From Paragordius varius (Eukaryota; Animalia; Nematomorpha): a stretch of DNA of 64,000 nucleotides. A program made the translations under genes and the position numbers. Below are positions 1-13,362 of this stretch, one piece after another (position 1 is the first letter of the stretch; every line of letters starts with the position of its first letter). The stretch spans positions 1,798,001-1,862,000 of the forward strand of contig OZ176060.1 of the NCBI GenBank assembly GCA_964247055.1, in the 5' to 3' direction. The notes below the pieces were generated by a model, which worked only from the letters and a program-made list of their open reading frames with translations, was not told where the DNA came from and searched no databases.

Positions 1-1647
1 ATTGGTAATAATATATTTTTAACTTACCATAAAATACTATTAGTTAACATAGGATACTAATAACAAGTGCAAGATATTTACCAAATTATATTAAATCTAA
101 TTGATATAAATCAAATATTTTACCTAATGTTTATCAGAATGCAGAGTTACACAGGCAGCAGATATGGGTGTACAAAATTTGAGACTTTGCTTGTCTGGAT
201 TTAGCATTGGGTCTCGACCTCATTATTCTGTGATGGCTTCTTTCGATGAACCTAACCGATTAAACAAAAATCCAATGGTGTATTCCTACCAACTTTGGCC
301 TTATTACAATGCAACTTCCTTGTTTGAAGCTCATGGTCCCACATGGGCTAATGCTTTACATGTAAAATAATTTATTTCTCTTTGTAATATATATTATTAC
401 CGTTTTCGTATATTTATAAGGTTAAGCATTTTGAGTTGCCAAGATTGGTACCACAGCAAGAGTACATGTTAAAGGTATCAGCCTCACAAAAAAATATTTC
501 ACGAGGATCTTTTGCAGATTTCTTGCGATTTAAAGGTATTTCGCAGTAGTTGAAATATATATGCCATTTACGTTTAAATTGAGCTTTTAATACATAGAAT
601 CACCCTTTATTTAACGTATAATCAATAATACGTTTCTGAGCCTAACACTTTATTATCTTTATGGTAGTTTTGTACTCCCAGAGAGAATAAATAATTATTT
701 AGATTTTTATATTGGTTTGAATTTAAAAAGCATTCTTTAGCCTTGGGAGGGCGTATAAAAAAATTTCCGAATAACGTAAAAATATAAAAAGATACTTTGC
801 AATTCATTTTGCCGTAATTTTTTTGTTGCAATTTTAAACAACGGGCAAAATAGTGTACACTGTTTAGAGATCAATGTTTGAAAATTAAATGTTAATCAAA
901 ATCAAACAATAGAATATATTAAGTTTAAGCTATATACAAAACTAACCTTTTGAGGTTGTCAATGAAATTACCAACTGGAATGGTTTAAATAATTGTGACA
1001 TAAAAAATAATTTATATAATCCCGATTGGAAAGTTTAGCTCAATAATTTAATTATGGGCTATAAAGGTCAAAGTATTCATATGTCTTTACGGCTGATTTT
1101 AAAATGTCAATGTTTATTTTCTATCATCTCTCTTTTTTAGTGTCAGTGAATGGAAATGATTATAAACTTGAACAGCATGGTATGAAAATTTTTCTTTATA
1201 TACCACTAATTAAATTTATTCTTAACTAATACTGAATACTAAATAGACATTTCCAAATCGTTTGCTAAAATTGTTGGAACTACCACTACTTTTACTAATG
1301 AAGGCCGCACCAAAGATTTATTTGTATATATTGAGCCCCTTTCCGAACATTTTGCCAAGGCTTATGGGATTGAAAATTTGGATATCATATTAAGTCGCCC
1401 AGATGTAGAAGGAGAAAAGGCTCGACATGGGACTCTTGGTGTAAGTATTTACAGCAGAATATTTTATATTAGCAACATTCACAATATATAACTTTATTAA
1501 TAGTTAAAAAGCAGAATGTATCGGTTTTCCAACTTAAATCCAAGCTCTGAATATGAAGTCATCATTCGTCCTATATATAAAAATGGGGCTCATGCTTCAA
1601 CAGAATACCTCTCTCACCGGATCTATGTAGATTTGGCTCAATGTTAA
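1..1647 (+). CDS. Secreted two-FN3-like-domain protein, copy 1 (exon 1 mostly upstream of the window)
   Basis: Exons <1-4, 138-361, 421-535, 1141-1179, 1247-1440, 1504-1647, all GT-AG and frame-consistent. FN3-like strands FELPRLVPQQEYMLKVSAS and YRFSNLNPSSEYEVIIRPIY. Exons about 98% identical to copies 2 and 3. Confidence 0.85.
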
Positions 1648-4600
1648 ATTCCTATTTGTTTAGATTTCACTGTTCAGTTATCAAAAGTTGTAGTTTTTCT
1701 CAAATTTTAGCCAATATATCTATTATAATAAATGATTACTTATGAAAAATATTAGGAAGTTTATTATTTATTAACCAATAAAAAATACAATATAAATATA
1801 TGTGCAGTAATTTAAATTCTTGGGCAATTTACTATATTTCTATTCGTAATTGAATTTTTGGCTGAGAACTTAAATAAGCCTTCTATAATTGCCTTAACAA
1901 AATTGCTAAATGTCATAATAGATAAAAAAAAGTTTTTTTTTAAATTGCATACCTTAAATTAATATTTAAGCAGCATAACAAAACTTATAAAAGTGTTTTT
2001 ATGATCAGTAACATATTTAAGCTTGAGATATTAATAAGAAAGATTTGCTTGTTTTCAGATATATAGCAATTCAATTTGACCTGAATGATAAAACGAAAAA
2101 AATTTAATTTTATTCAGGGTTTATATGTATTCATTTTCGAATTTATTAAATAAAACTCAAACATTTGCTGAAATGAAATCAAGAAATTCAAATATTAATA
2201 TATTTCCTTTTACATCTTTAATATAATAACTTAATAAGGTACACCAATAAATTAGTTAGTTTAGTTTGATAAGTTCGCGATAAGGAATAATAACACAAAC
2301 GTACTAATATTAAATAATGCTTAAGCCCCAAAACGCATTTAGAGTGATATATTTGTTTATTTTCACCATATTATATATTTCTACACGGTGTTATTTGTGT
2401 AATATTTAAATCTTCAAAAATTTGTATAATAATAAATATAAAAATACGTAGCATTCACTCATTTGAGAGTGGTCATGCCCTCTTCTTCGCGAACATCCCT
2501 AACTTTTAAATCCAGCTTTTTAAATCTTTATAACATGGTTTAGAATCGTTTTGGTCAATATGACTCTTTGGACTTAAGACATATCATTTGCTGCATAATG
2601 CGAAACATGCCCTAACCCATGTCACTCCGTTTGCCATTGTCACTTATCCATCCCAGTTTTAAATTGCGTATATAGTTCTATATCTTTTTTCCTGACTTCA
2701 CTCAGCCGAGTGATTAAAACGCGACTTATAACGCTATCTTTTTTAATCTCCCAATTTTGTGATTTTATATGGTCGGCTAAATAACAGCATTAATTTAACT
2801 TCCGGGATCAAGATTAATATTCCTGTCACAAATTACATTAGATAGTTTTATGAACAATATACACTGCGTATAAAATGGCTATATATCCTGATCATAATAT
2901 ATTTATTAACGTATCAGTATACTCTAGGTTTTGATTCTGGGACTTACGAGCAGAGGCGTAGCTTTCATTTTTGGCGCCCCCTCCATGCGACCCTTTGCAT
3001 TTTAAAAAAAAATTTAAATTTAAACAATGAGCGGGACGAAATGACTTACGTTTTGAACAGAAACAAATATGCACATTGGGTGCATACTTTAACAACGACG
3101 GTTTGCTTGGCAGTATCAGTAATTAAACCAAAGATATTAGTTTCTGCGCAAGTTCGACTTTATATATAAATGTTGTATAAAAGCATTATGCAAACTGCAT
3201 TCAAATGCGTAGCCCGACCAATTTTTCTTATTTAAACTATTGTACTATCCTACCCTTTGAGATTATATTAGAGAGCGAACGATTGGAATAAAACTCAAAA
3301 TTATTAAGGTTTTATATAGTAAAAAATTTTAACCGGAACTGAAGGGTCTGGTTCCAAATCATTTTTCTTTCGGTTCCAGTTTCATTTTTTTAAATAAAGA
3401 ACTTTTGATTCCAAAACCGTTGCACTATATTTTGATTAAAATATTTATTTTTTTCTGGGCCACATATAAAACTATAGAATGGCCATGAAAACAAACAAAA
3501 TTATTGTTCTAGATCACTTATCAATATATATTTAAAAAATATATTGTTGTTCATATGTTAAAAAACCTTATCTGTGCGGTACATTTTGAATATACTTGAA
3601 AATAGTGTATCAAAATAAATATATAATCATATTTGATACCTATTCAGTGGATAAGAAATATCTTATTTAATAAAATTAGAAGTAAGTTGCAATTGAGCCA
3701 AAAGTTATTAGGGAAACAAAAAAATGAAAAACAAAAAATGAACTGCATAATATATGTAGATGTAGATGGTAATGCCCTAAATTAGGGAGATAAAACAACA
3801 TTTCTATTGGAATTCTTGTATCAATTTTAAATTTAATGAATTTTAACATAATGGGTGGCATTGAGCAAGCAATATATACAATTTTAAAAGAAAGTTAACA
3901 TATAACTAAAAATGATCTAATCCTTATATCTGACACTTTGGTGATTTAAAGCAAATATAAGGTAAACTCCACGAAGAACAGGCGTAGAGAAAGGCAGGAC
4001 CTTGAAAAATATAATAGCTATATGAAACAGATCATATGATGCAATAACTTTGACATTTTAGAGTAAAGTGTTAAAAATGATATAAATTAGATTTGTTAAA
4101 AAATCACAAGTATATAAAATCACATAATATTTTTTATCGGTTTTATGTTTTCACCCTGGCTTCAATAATCAAATAAAAATTACAATACATAAATATTTAT
4201 ATTTTAGATGTATACTAAATAATAGAGAATTGGAAAAATATTTGATTCTTTTATTTATTTCATTATGAGATATCGAACTAGTTAATAACATGTGTTTGAA
4301 AACAAAGGTTAAAGAGCCAGTGTGTGAAAAGCATTAAATTTTAGTTAAATCGCATTTCTAAAATCCTACAATCCATTATTGATATATTATATAAAATAAA
4401 TATTTTTTTATATGAAATTTTGAAATAATAACATTTTAATTAGTGTAATCTATAAATCAAAGTCTTAGTCATTTTAAATATAAATTATGTAATGAAATAT
4501 CTATTAAAACAGCCGACTGCATAATTTTTCGGTTACTAGAATTATTGCAAAAAGTAATAATATTCTACATTTTTGACACAAAATGACACATTGTGATTAC

Positions 4601-5077
4601 AGAGTCAATTCCTGATAGCGAAAAAATCATACTCTTTTAATTTTTTTCGATTTGCAATAAACTTTTGTACCTATTAACGTTTTTACAATAATTATACAAT
4701 ATGGTATAATTTTATATAATCACAAAGCATAAAAACATTTATTAACTATCATCTACATTTTATGATGAATAAATAAAATTACAAAAGAACGCATAAAATT
4801 ATTTTTTTGGTGATATGCAAAGTTATTTGGGAGTAAGCGACAAAGTTACCACTTTGTTTTCCGTATCTGTAAACTGAATATAAAAAATATAGGCAAAATA
4901 TTAAATGAGGGTTATTATTAAATGTGTGCTATTGAAACACTCGACCAAATAAAAATTATCTTTAAATTATTTTTAGTAAAATACCTAATTTAAATGACTA
5001 CCTATATAATTTGATAGGATTACAAAACTCCACACTTAATAAGAATTGTTTGAGAAATCATAATATAATAAAATTAC

Positions 5078-5150
5078 TGCAATGGTCAACGGGTAAGGTC
5101 TTATAGTTGACTCCATCGTATATGAATTAGTGGATCGAATCCCTAAACGC
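5078..5150 (+). other. Degenerate tRNA-like / SINE head (Pol III A and B boxes)
   Basis: TGGTCAACGGGTAAG (A-box-like) at 5083 and GGATCGAATCC (B box) at 5132, at tRNA-like spacing; no convincing cloverleaf. Confidence 0.35.
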
Positions 5151-7258
5151 ATTAAATTAATGTTATTTTTTCAACGAAATAATCTTTTATAAAACGACAT
5201 ATATTCAATTTTTGTACTTTCAAAATCTGGCGCTAAAGCAATATATAAGTCCAAATAGTTTTTGTGCATCAACACACAAATCAAATATTTATTTAAACAA
5301 TATGTGAAACGTTAATATACATAAATTTACAGAATTCTTAGCAAGTTTTATATAACCTTTATTAAATTTTAAATTATACTAAACGTGATTATGTCTAAAC
5401 TCTATATGTTAAAAAAATAAATTATTACTTATTCTCAACATTTTCTATATATAAAAATTTTGTGTCAGAGGGCCCAACCATGGCTGTTTTTAAATTTACA
5501 GATCAAAAATGATTATTGTTTAATCGATTTTAATTTAACTTACTTAACTTTCTGATAGGTTTCGCCGCTGGTGGGGGTGTTTCTCCAGCTTTCAGAATAT
5601 AAGTATATTTATCTCTGGTAAAAGCTATTTTTTTATGAAAAAAACAATTAAGTATAAAAAATGTGATATGAGTAGTAGAAAAAATATTTTATTTTGTATA
5701 AATATAGCTGTTAAAAATTTTACGAAATCTTAATAAATTTGAAAGATAAACTTGCTGTGCCAGCAGGTAAGGTTAGGGAAATCGTTAAAACACAACTACC
5801 GTCTACAGCCGAAATGGTGGTGCTGCCATTTTTATACAAAAAGCTTGCTGCTTTTGTTAATCGACTGCCATCTTTTACACAGGTGCCTTAAAAAAAATTA
5901 TAAAATTGAAAATATAAATAAGTCAAGTTTTGGATCGGTTTGCACGTTTTGAAAGACCTTATTTTTTTGGATAAAGTGAATACTCCCACCAAATCGGTCC
6001 CGATAAATATGTATATTTTGATTCCAACAATTATATCTTGATGCTTTGGTTTTAGGGACAATAAGTTGGTAAATAATTAATTTTTATGGTAAATGCTCGA
6101 TATAGTAAAATCGCAAAATTATCACTCATTATTTAAATTTATGGTAAAATGTAAAGACTTTCAACTAAGAATTTGGATTGGAAAATATTAATTAATGCTG
6201 ACATAATAAAAGATTTTGTAAAAAGGCTTGATTAGTTTTATATAAAATGTTGGTGAACCGTTTAAGGTATTATACGTAATAAGACTTAAGCGGTGGAACT
6301 CACCAAAAAAATTTGCAGGGCCAATATTTTTTGGGCACCAAATAACCCCGAAATTTTTTGCGCGCATATAAATCGCACTTAAAATGTCTCTTGTGGGATA
6401 TTTATAATTTAACATAGAATGAAAACCCCCTAACAATGGTATACTATCGTTCGTAAGTGTTATTTAATATTCAATTCATATAAGACTACCCTCGAATACG
6501 GGGGTATGTAAAAAATCCTGATTAAATATAGATTCCTATATGAAAAAGTATTAGATAATCATTTTTTTGGCCCTAGGAGGGATTTAAGAAATATTAAACT
6601 TTTGTGGTAACCATATAAAATGGATTAATTTGGGAAACATTTTGTTATATTTTTGGTAAATGCTTAATGCTTCATTCCAAAAAATAAATACCATAAACTA
6701 TATATAAAAAGCAAAACATACTTTTTAAAAAAATTATTAGATATTGTGCTAAGTCCGATTATGTTGTTCTAAAATTGGCTAGAAACCCACAATGCATCTA
6801 TGATTTTTTTTTTCAAAAAGGGTATACTTGTGACTTTAACACTTACCTGCCCATGGCTGCCAATGATGTTAGAAAAATTGCGTAGTTTTGGGGTTAGAAT
6901 TATGGCACGCAGTGTAAGAGTCCGGCGCCCTACTTACTATACAATCACGCCTATATTATATATAGGATTTATTAACATAAATTCCCCATCGCTTATTTGA
7001 CGACGAGATTGAGAAAATTTTACTGAAGGATATGACTATACCATGGCTTCTTCTTTTGTAGTTCCCGACCCCATTTATGATTGCGAATTTCTTAACAACC
7101 ACAACAAATATAAAAAAATTCGTTGAAATAACACTTAGAAATTTTGTGGATAATATTTATCAGGGTTGTTTCGGTTTTGAGAGATTGACAAAAATAAATC
7201 TACATTTTTTATAAATTTTTATAACATTTTCTGATTTATAGTAAATTTATACAAGATA

Positions 7259-8498
7259 CTAGCAGGCCCTTTCACGCTTCGGTGTGGCGTCGTCTCTTTG
7301 ATCATTATTTAATTTGCAATAAATAGAGTTAATGTACATAAAAAAATAATAATAAACATATTTAATAGAAAGAATGTCTTAATTATTCTTCTACGGGTTT
7401 TTGCGCAGGCTGAAATATTTTACTCGAAATTGACCATATTTAATCTGTCCCTTCTTAAAGTTAATAGTCAACTATCATTGGATTTATTTTAAAATTTTCG
7501 TTTTACGAAATCATGGTTAAAAGTTCTATTTTGAAATTGTGTTCATACATCTGGGATCAAGGGATATAAAAAGTAAATTATTTGTGGTCTTTTTTTAAAG
7601 GAAAGAGTAATATTATATGAATTCCCCAGAAATGTGTTTAACTGAACTCGTATGTCTTCTTTAGTTATTTGAAAATTAGCTCCAAAACTACGCCTATTTT
7701 GTATGGCGTCTCAGTTTTAAACCGGTAGACCTCTACCCGACTTATATAAAAGGCGCTGAGTTAATTCTTTGCCTTTATAGGACAAATATTCGGAATCATC
7801 TTTGATACCATCGTCTCATGAGTTATTCGAAAAAATACCTCAACACTAAATAATCGTTATATAATGGCGTTTTGGGGTTTAAAAGCCCCAAATTAACGGC
7901 TAATTAAAGAACCCGACCTTAATTTTTACCTAGTTACGGAAAATATTAAGTTTTTAATGAGCACATATGGCTTCATAAATTTTCTGTAAATTAGCTTCAA
8001 AACAATGCAATTTCTATATAGTGGCGCTTTAGCGGCTATCTGTTTAACCAGCAGACATTTTCAAAAACACGAGAGAAAATTTTCTTTTAATAGAAAATAA
8101 CTCGAATCCTCAGTAAATTTAACGGTCTCATAGCCTAAAAAATATTTAGTTTTTTAAAAAAATGGCATTTTACGAGGGGACCGGGTAAAAAGAAAGCCTA
8201 AATTAAAAAAGTAAGCCGACTAGGTTCGCGCAATCGATCATAATTAGAGCAAATCATATTTGAAATCGATTGATCCAACCGGAAAAATGTCTCAAAGACA
8301 ATTCTAAACTTCTGTTTTAAAAAAAACCCGTTTTTCACACGGGGTGGGCCCGAACTGGGGGCCTAATTCAAAAAAGGGCCAAGCTATTGTCGGCCATTCA
8401 TTATTAATAATATTTTTTTGACATTTGGATTTGAATGGGACCGGTTTTACGGAAACAGATCATTAAGCCAGCATTTTTTATTTTTATAAATATATAGA
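7259..8498 (-). mobile_element. Non-autonomous Helitron-like element, copy A
   Basis: On the minus strand it starts A|TC and ends CTAG|T, with a subterminal hairpin (plus strand CACGC-TTCG-GTGTG). Homologous to 38115-40225. Contains about 1.2 units of an internal repeat of roughly 310 bp. Confidence 0.65.
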
Positions 8499-8599
8499 TA
8501 ATGATCGGAATAGAAATGCTGGTATAAACAGTCTTTCTGAACCAGAAAATTTTATGATATATTTATCTACGATGATTGTTATTTTTCTTACAATAATTT

Positions 8600-8688
8600 T
8601 ACAAATTAAAAAACATTTTTTTGTTAAATTGTATTTTTATCACTCGCGACCCCAAATGGGGTCGCGACCCATAGTTTAAGAAGCCCTG
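8600..8688 (-). mobile_element. hAT-type MITE terminus with perfect palindrome
   Basis: Minus-strand end CAGGGCTTCTTAAAC; perfect inverted repeat TCGCGACCCC-AAAT-GGGGTCGCGA at 8644-8667. Partner end not found. Confidence 0.5.
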
Positions 8689-11477
8689 GACTATACTAAT
8701 GAGTAGGTTTAATATATATGACAAAAGACTTAAGATTTCCATTAATGTTGATATTTAAGAGATATTTTTAATTTGAGCGGGATTTCGAATAATTATTAAA
8801 ATTTAACAATAATAATATATCCGAATATATGATGCTTTTTTCCGATTTTTATCGTCAAGTTTTTTTTCCAAACCAAAATTCTGTGTTCACCGCAAGATTT
8901 CAGTTTGCTCGTTTGTTTATAAATCATAAAACTTTTTTCAAGGGTTCAAAATTTGCGGAAAAGCACCACACAGCTTTTTATGTTTCGTCAATTAATTTTC
9001 TTAAATCCAAAAGAATCGGTATCCGAAGAGCGACAATAATAATGAATGCAAAAATGATAAGAATAATGGCAGAATGGCAAATGTGTTAATTTGGTGAGAA
9101 TAATGTCCCGCATTCGGTAACTTGGTCACATTTGTTAAAAATCCTTTCCAAGCCATGGCCCATAGAACTCATTATAAAGATAATATAACGCTAACAGTAA
9201 GTGAGGCAGACAAATTAATATTAACATAATGAGAAATAGCCGAGTGTATGGTTTTAGATATTGAAGCTGCTACTTTTTTGATCAGTAAAATATAGGAAAC
9301 GGTGAGAGATCCATTACTAGAATGTGGGTCAGGTCTATGAAAACAACCCAATTAACTCTTTAGGAAAGCCCTATCAAGGTATCGATAGATAATGTGACAA
9401 AGGAGTTGGAAGGTTAGGTTATGGCAGAAGCGCCTGCCGTTATTTGGTTGTGGTGGGATCAAAATCAAATATTTTTCATGGGTCGTTAAACATTAAATAT
9501 AATACACTGTATCCCAAATCGCCAAGCACAAAAAGTAGCCTAGGAACCTATTTATTTTGATAATGTATCAGGATTCTGATACTTTCAGTGCACATTTTTA
9601 ATAAAATATTTTTTGGTAATAAATTCGTTGCTCCAAAAAATATTATTAAAATATATGATATAATATATTTTGAAAAGCAAAACAATACTTTAATAAAATT
9701 TAATATTTAGATGTGGACTCCGAAAGTCCCTTTCTAAAATGGGTTTGTCATATAATTTTATTATATGCTAGATTATGGCATCAAAACATATTTCTTTGAA
9801 AAATTCATAATTTGTTTTATACGTACTATCTACGATTTTGAGGCATGATGGAATTATAAGAGAACTGCATATTATAAAAACACTTATTGTATAATGGTTC
9901 TGAACATTAGCCATATTAATGAAAATATTCCTAAAAACTTTGTTTTATGTGAATTGTTTCATATATTCATACAAATTTAATAGCAAACTAACGTTTAAGT
10001 GTGAGGTAAATGAAACGTTCATCGAATTGTATAAAAAGTGTAATAATATAAAGTGTTTTTACAACGTTGACATTGAAAATATCATAACACTCGCTTCACC
10101 AAAATTTTGCTAATAAAATTTTTAAACATTTCGGAAAAACTTTTCTAACAAAATTTAACAGTAGCCCAATATCGGATCTTTGTCTTTTATTTTTTTGCTT
10201 ATTTTCACGGCCTAAAGTGGAAATACCGTATAATTTTCACTTCTGCAACATTCATAGTATAAATATTTTTATACAATATTCTGAAAATATTTTATCGACT
10301 AATCTTTTATGGGTTCAAGCACAAAATTGGAATGAAACAGTAGCCCTATATCCAAATACAATATTCAGGCATAAAACTTCCTAAATCAAAAGAAGTTGGT
10401 GAAGTTTGTATTCATATTGTAAAAATATTTATATATTGTACGTTTCAAAATATACCACTTCCGCTTTGCAAACACACAAAAAATGCTGCATATACGAAAT
10501 TGGGATGTATAAAAAATTGTGAATATATGTTTTTTAGTGACCCGTAAGAATCGGAACCAAAAGGACCATGAGAATAACATCAAAATATATTTATCAGAGA
10601 ATATGTATTCTGTGGTACTTTTAAAATCGAATCGAAAGATTAGTGCGCATTATACCAAGTAAAATGTTTAAAAGCCGACGCTTCATCCAAAAAATAATTT
10701 AAAATTATGTTATACTATATTTAGTAGCAAATTTTAAATTAAAAGAACGTAGAAAGCCGAAATGGCGCTGAAATTTTATAAATGACAGATGACATAAAAA
10801 ATTGATCATTAAAATATTTACTTGCTTAAATAACAAAGTTAAATTTTGTTTACGTTATTTTTGGGGTATTTTGAAACTCCTTAGAAACATTATTAAACAT
10901 TAAGATTTAAATACACTTTCTATAATTAGATGCTGCTAACTTTTATAATTTAATGATATTAGGCGAAAATTCGTGCGACAACAGGAACATACATTGTGTT
11001 TTTTAGATAAAATTTTTTAATTTAAAGGTAAACAATTAACTAAAAATATCTTTTGACACCAAAGTTTAGCTAAATTATCTAATGGGTTTCGCCACCATGC
11101 TTCATTTTACCTTTTAAAAATATATTTTGATATGTAGCATATATATAAAATTGTTATGGCACAATTACGTTTATTATATAAAAATCTATTTTATTAAAGT
11201 TAAAAAATTTTGATTGAAGACCTCTAAAAAAAGTTATAGATTTTTGCGTTTATCAAACTATATATTATCAAATATTTTGGTTAAAGTCTTGACCATTAAC
11301 AAATATATATCACTGTGGGCCAAAAATTTTTAACAAAAAAATTATTGGCACAAGCTTGTTCATGACAAGCTTCATTGCCGCAAAAACTTTTTATTGTTGA
11401 CAACCTATTTTTTAGAATATTGAGTGAAAATCAAAATCAGACAAGAGTAAAAATTAAGGATAATTCAATTCAAAAAA

Positions 11478-12300
11478 TAATGATAAAATTTGAGATATTA
11501 TGGTTTATTATCATTTTATGATATATGTTCAATATATAATTAGCCTAAAATCATATAGTTAGGGTTACTATAAAATTTAGGCTCAAAGGATGGTGTTATT
11601 CTTTTACAATTAAAAGATAACAATAATGAAACTGTATTAAAATATTTTTTTTACTTATCTACTAGCTAAACTCACTATTAAAATGCATATTTTATTCGAA
11701 AAAAAACTTATATATAAAAATAAAAGCAAAATAGTGATTTTTATTTTTGCATTTTTTTGTCATCTGGTTCATGAGTGTTTATAAAATTTTTACTCTTTTA
11801 TTTTGGGTTCTTACATGTGTGGGAATTATTTTATATATAATTTGTAAAATAGAAATTAAAAGAAGTGGAAGATCAACCAACAAACCTACCAATCCCTGTA
11901 ACAAGTCCGTTTTATGACAAATCAAAATTTTTATTGGGATTTGTACGAATTTTTTTGCATAAATAATATACTTAAGGTCCCATTGATGTTGGATTTCAAA
12001 ATACAGTATAAATTTTTCATGAACCAGATGAAAATAAAATGCAAAAATTAAAATAAATATTGGTTTTTTTATATATAAGTTTTTTTATTGAATAAAATAT
12101 GGATGTTAAGAATTTAATACTGAGTTGTTATTTAATAATTAAAAATTTTTTTTAATATATTTTATAAAAAAATTGTTTTTTAAATCTGTTAAAAGAAAAA
12201 GCCATTTTCTGAGCTGAAATTTTATTGAACCCTAACTATATGATTTTAGGCTATTTATCTAAAATGATAATAAACCATAATATGACCATTTTATTATTAT
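11478..12300. mobile_element. Foldback element with about 300-bp imperfect inverted arms
   Basis: 11490-11790 is the reverse complement of 12000-12300 (e.g. TAGCCTAAAATCATATAGTTAGGGT vs ACCCTAACTATATGATTTTAGGCTA; CATCTGGTTCATGA vs TCATGAACCAGATG), with a spacer of about 210 bp. Confidence 0.7.
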
Positions 12301-13006
12301 TATTTGTATCCTTGATTTTCATTTTTGCCCGATTTCGATTTTCGCACAATGTTTTAACAATTTGGTTTTCAAAAAATAATAATTTTTGCGAATGAATTTG
12401 CTGGTCGTAAGCTTTCTCATGAAAAATTTGTTAAAAAAACTCTTGCACACAGTGTAGTATTCCATATGTGCGGTAAGATTGCTACTTCGATAGGAAAAAT
12501 TAAAAAAAGAAAAATAATTCTTATGAATTTTGAATCCCAAAACTAAAAGCAACATGCCTAATACATCTATCAATATTTATTTTCATATATCAAACCAATA
12601 TATTCATTCGTGATTTATATTTAGCGTTAATAAAATTATGTAATATCAATTCAAAATTTTATTGAAAGTTCACCAAATTTATGGCACGCCTTGCTTTCAC
12701 ACTAAATATGGGAATACCAAAATAATATCCTCTGTAGAATATTTAAAAAGTTTAAGCTTAATTCATTAATTAATTCATAAAATATTTTAACCATTTCATA
12801 ATCTGGTAAAATTCCAATATTATGAATTTTTGCATGAAACCTTTTTACTAATATTATATATATTATTTAAAAATTTTGCGTTGTTTGCGTATATATAGCC
12901 TAAAAATAATCAGTTGCGAATACTTATTTTTCGCATTATGGCGTTTAGTCCCGATTTTATTCGGCAAATGAAAACCCATTCATTTATTTTTAAATATATA
13001 ACGGAG

Positions 13007-13362
13007 ATCACTATATAATTCAAGGTAATATAAGTGGTAAATTATTTAAATTTTTTTATACCACATTACATTGCAAAACTATATAAAAATTAAACCTTTT
13101 ATTATAGGCAAAAAACTTAAGGTTCCAACCAGGGCCAAAATTAATAGTGCAGTTTTTACCAAAATTGATGTTTGAGTTGCCATTTTGTTTTTTACTATTA
13201 ATCGATTCTCTGTTGGGATGAAAATAAATTAAAATTTCTTAGCATAAACTATAACAAATAAATAGAACTGCGTATCGGGGTAAATATCCTGATGAAATGT
13301 ATATAATTTATAGAAAAATGAATCAGGATTCATGTGCTTTTGGTTTTGGTCCTTACGAGTGA
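13007..13362 (+). CDS. Candidate small spliced gene fragment, unknown function
   Basis: Phase-compatible chain 13007-13024, 13108-13169, 13266-13279, 13314-13362 gives DHYIIQGKKLKVPTRAKINSAVFTKIDNCVSGKMNQDSCAFGFGPYE*. The first acceptor is weak. Confidence 0.25.

Noticed and set aside
164-370. 68-aa single-exon ORFs (also at 20086 and 25402)
   Set aside because: These are exon 2 of the six-exon gene reading into the intron.
622-831. Antisense ORF conserved in copies 1 and 2 (also 20546-20761)
   Set aside because: It lies in intron 3, is shared only through recent duplication, and has indels and divergence in copy 3.
2430-2860. Possible Tc1/Tc3 transposase remnant on the minus strand
   Set aside because: Only vague similarity; no DDE motif recognisable.
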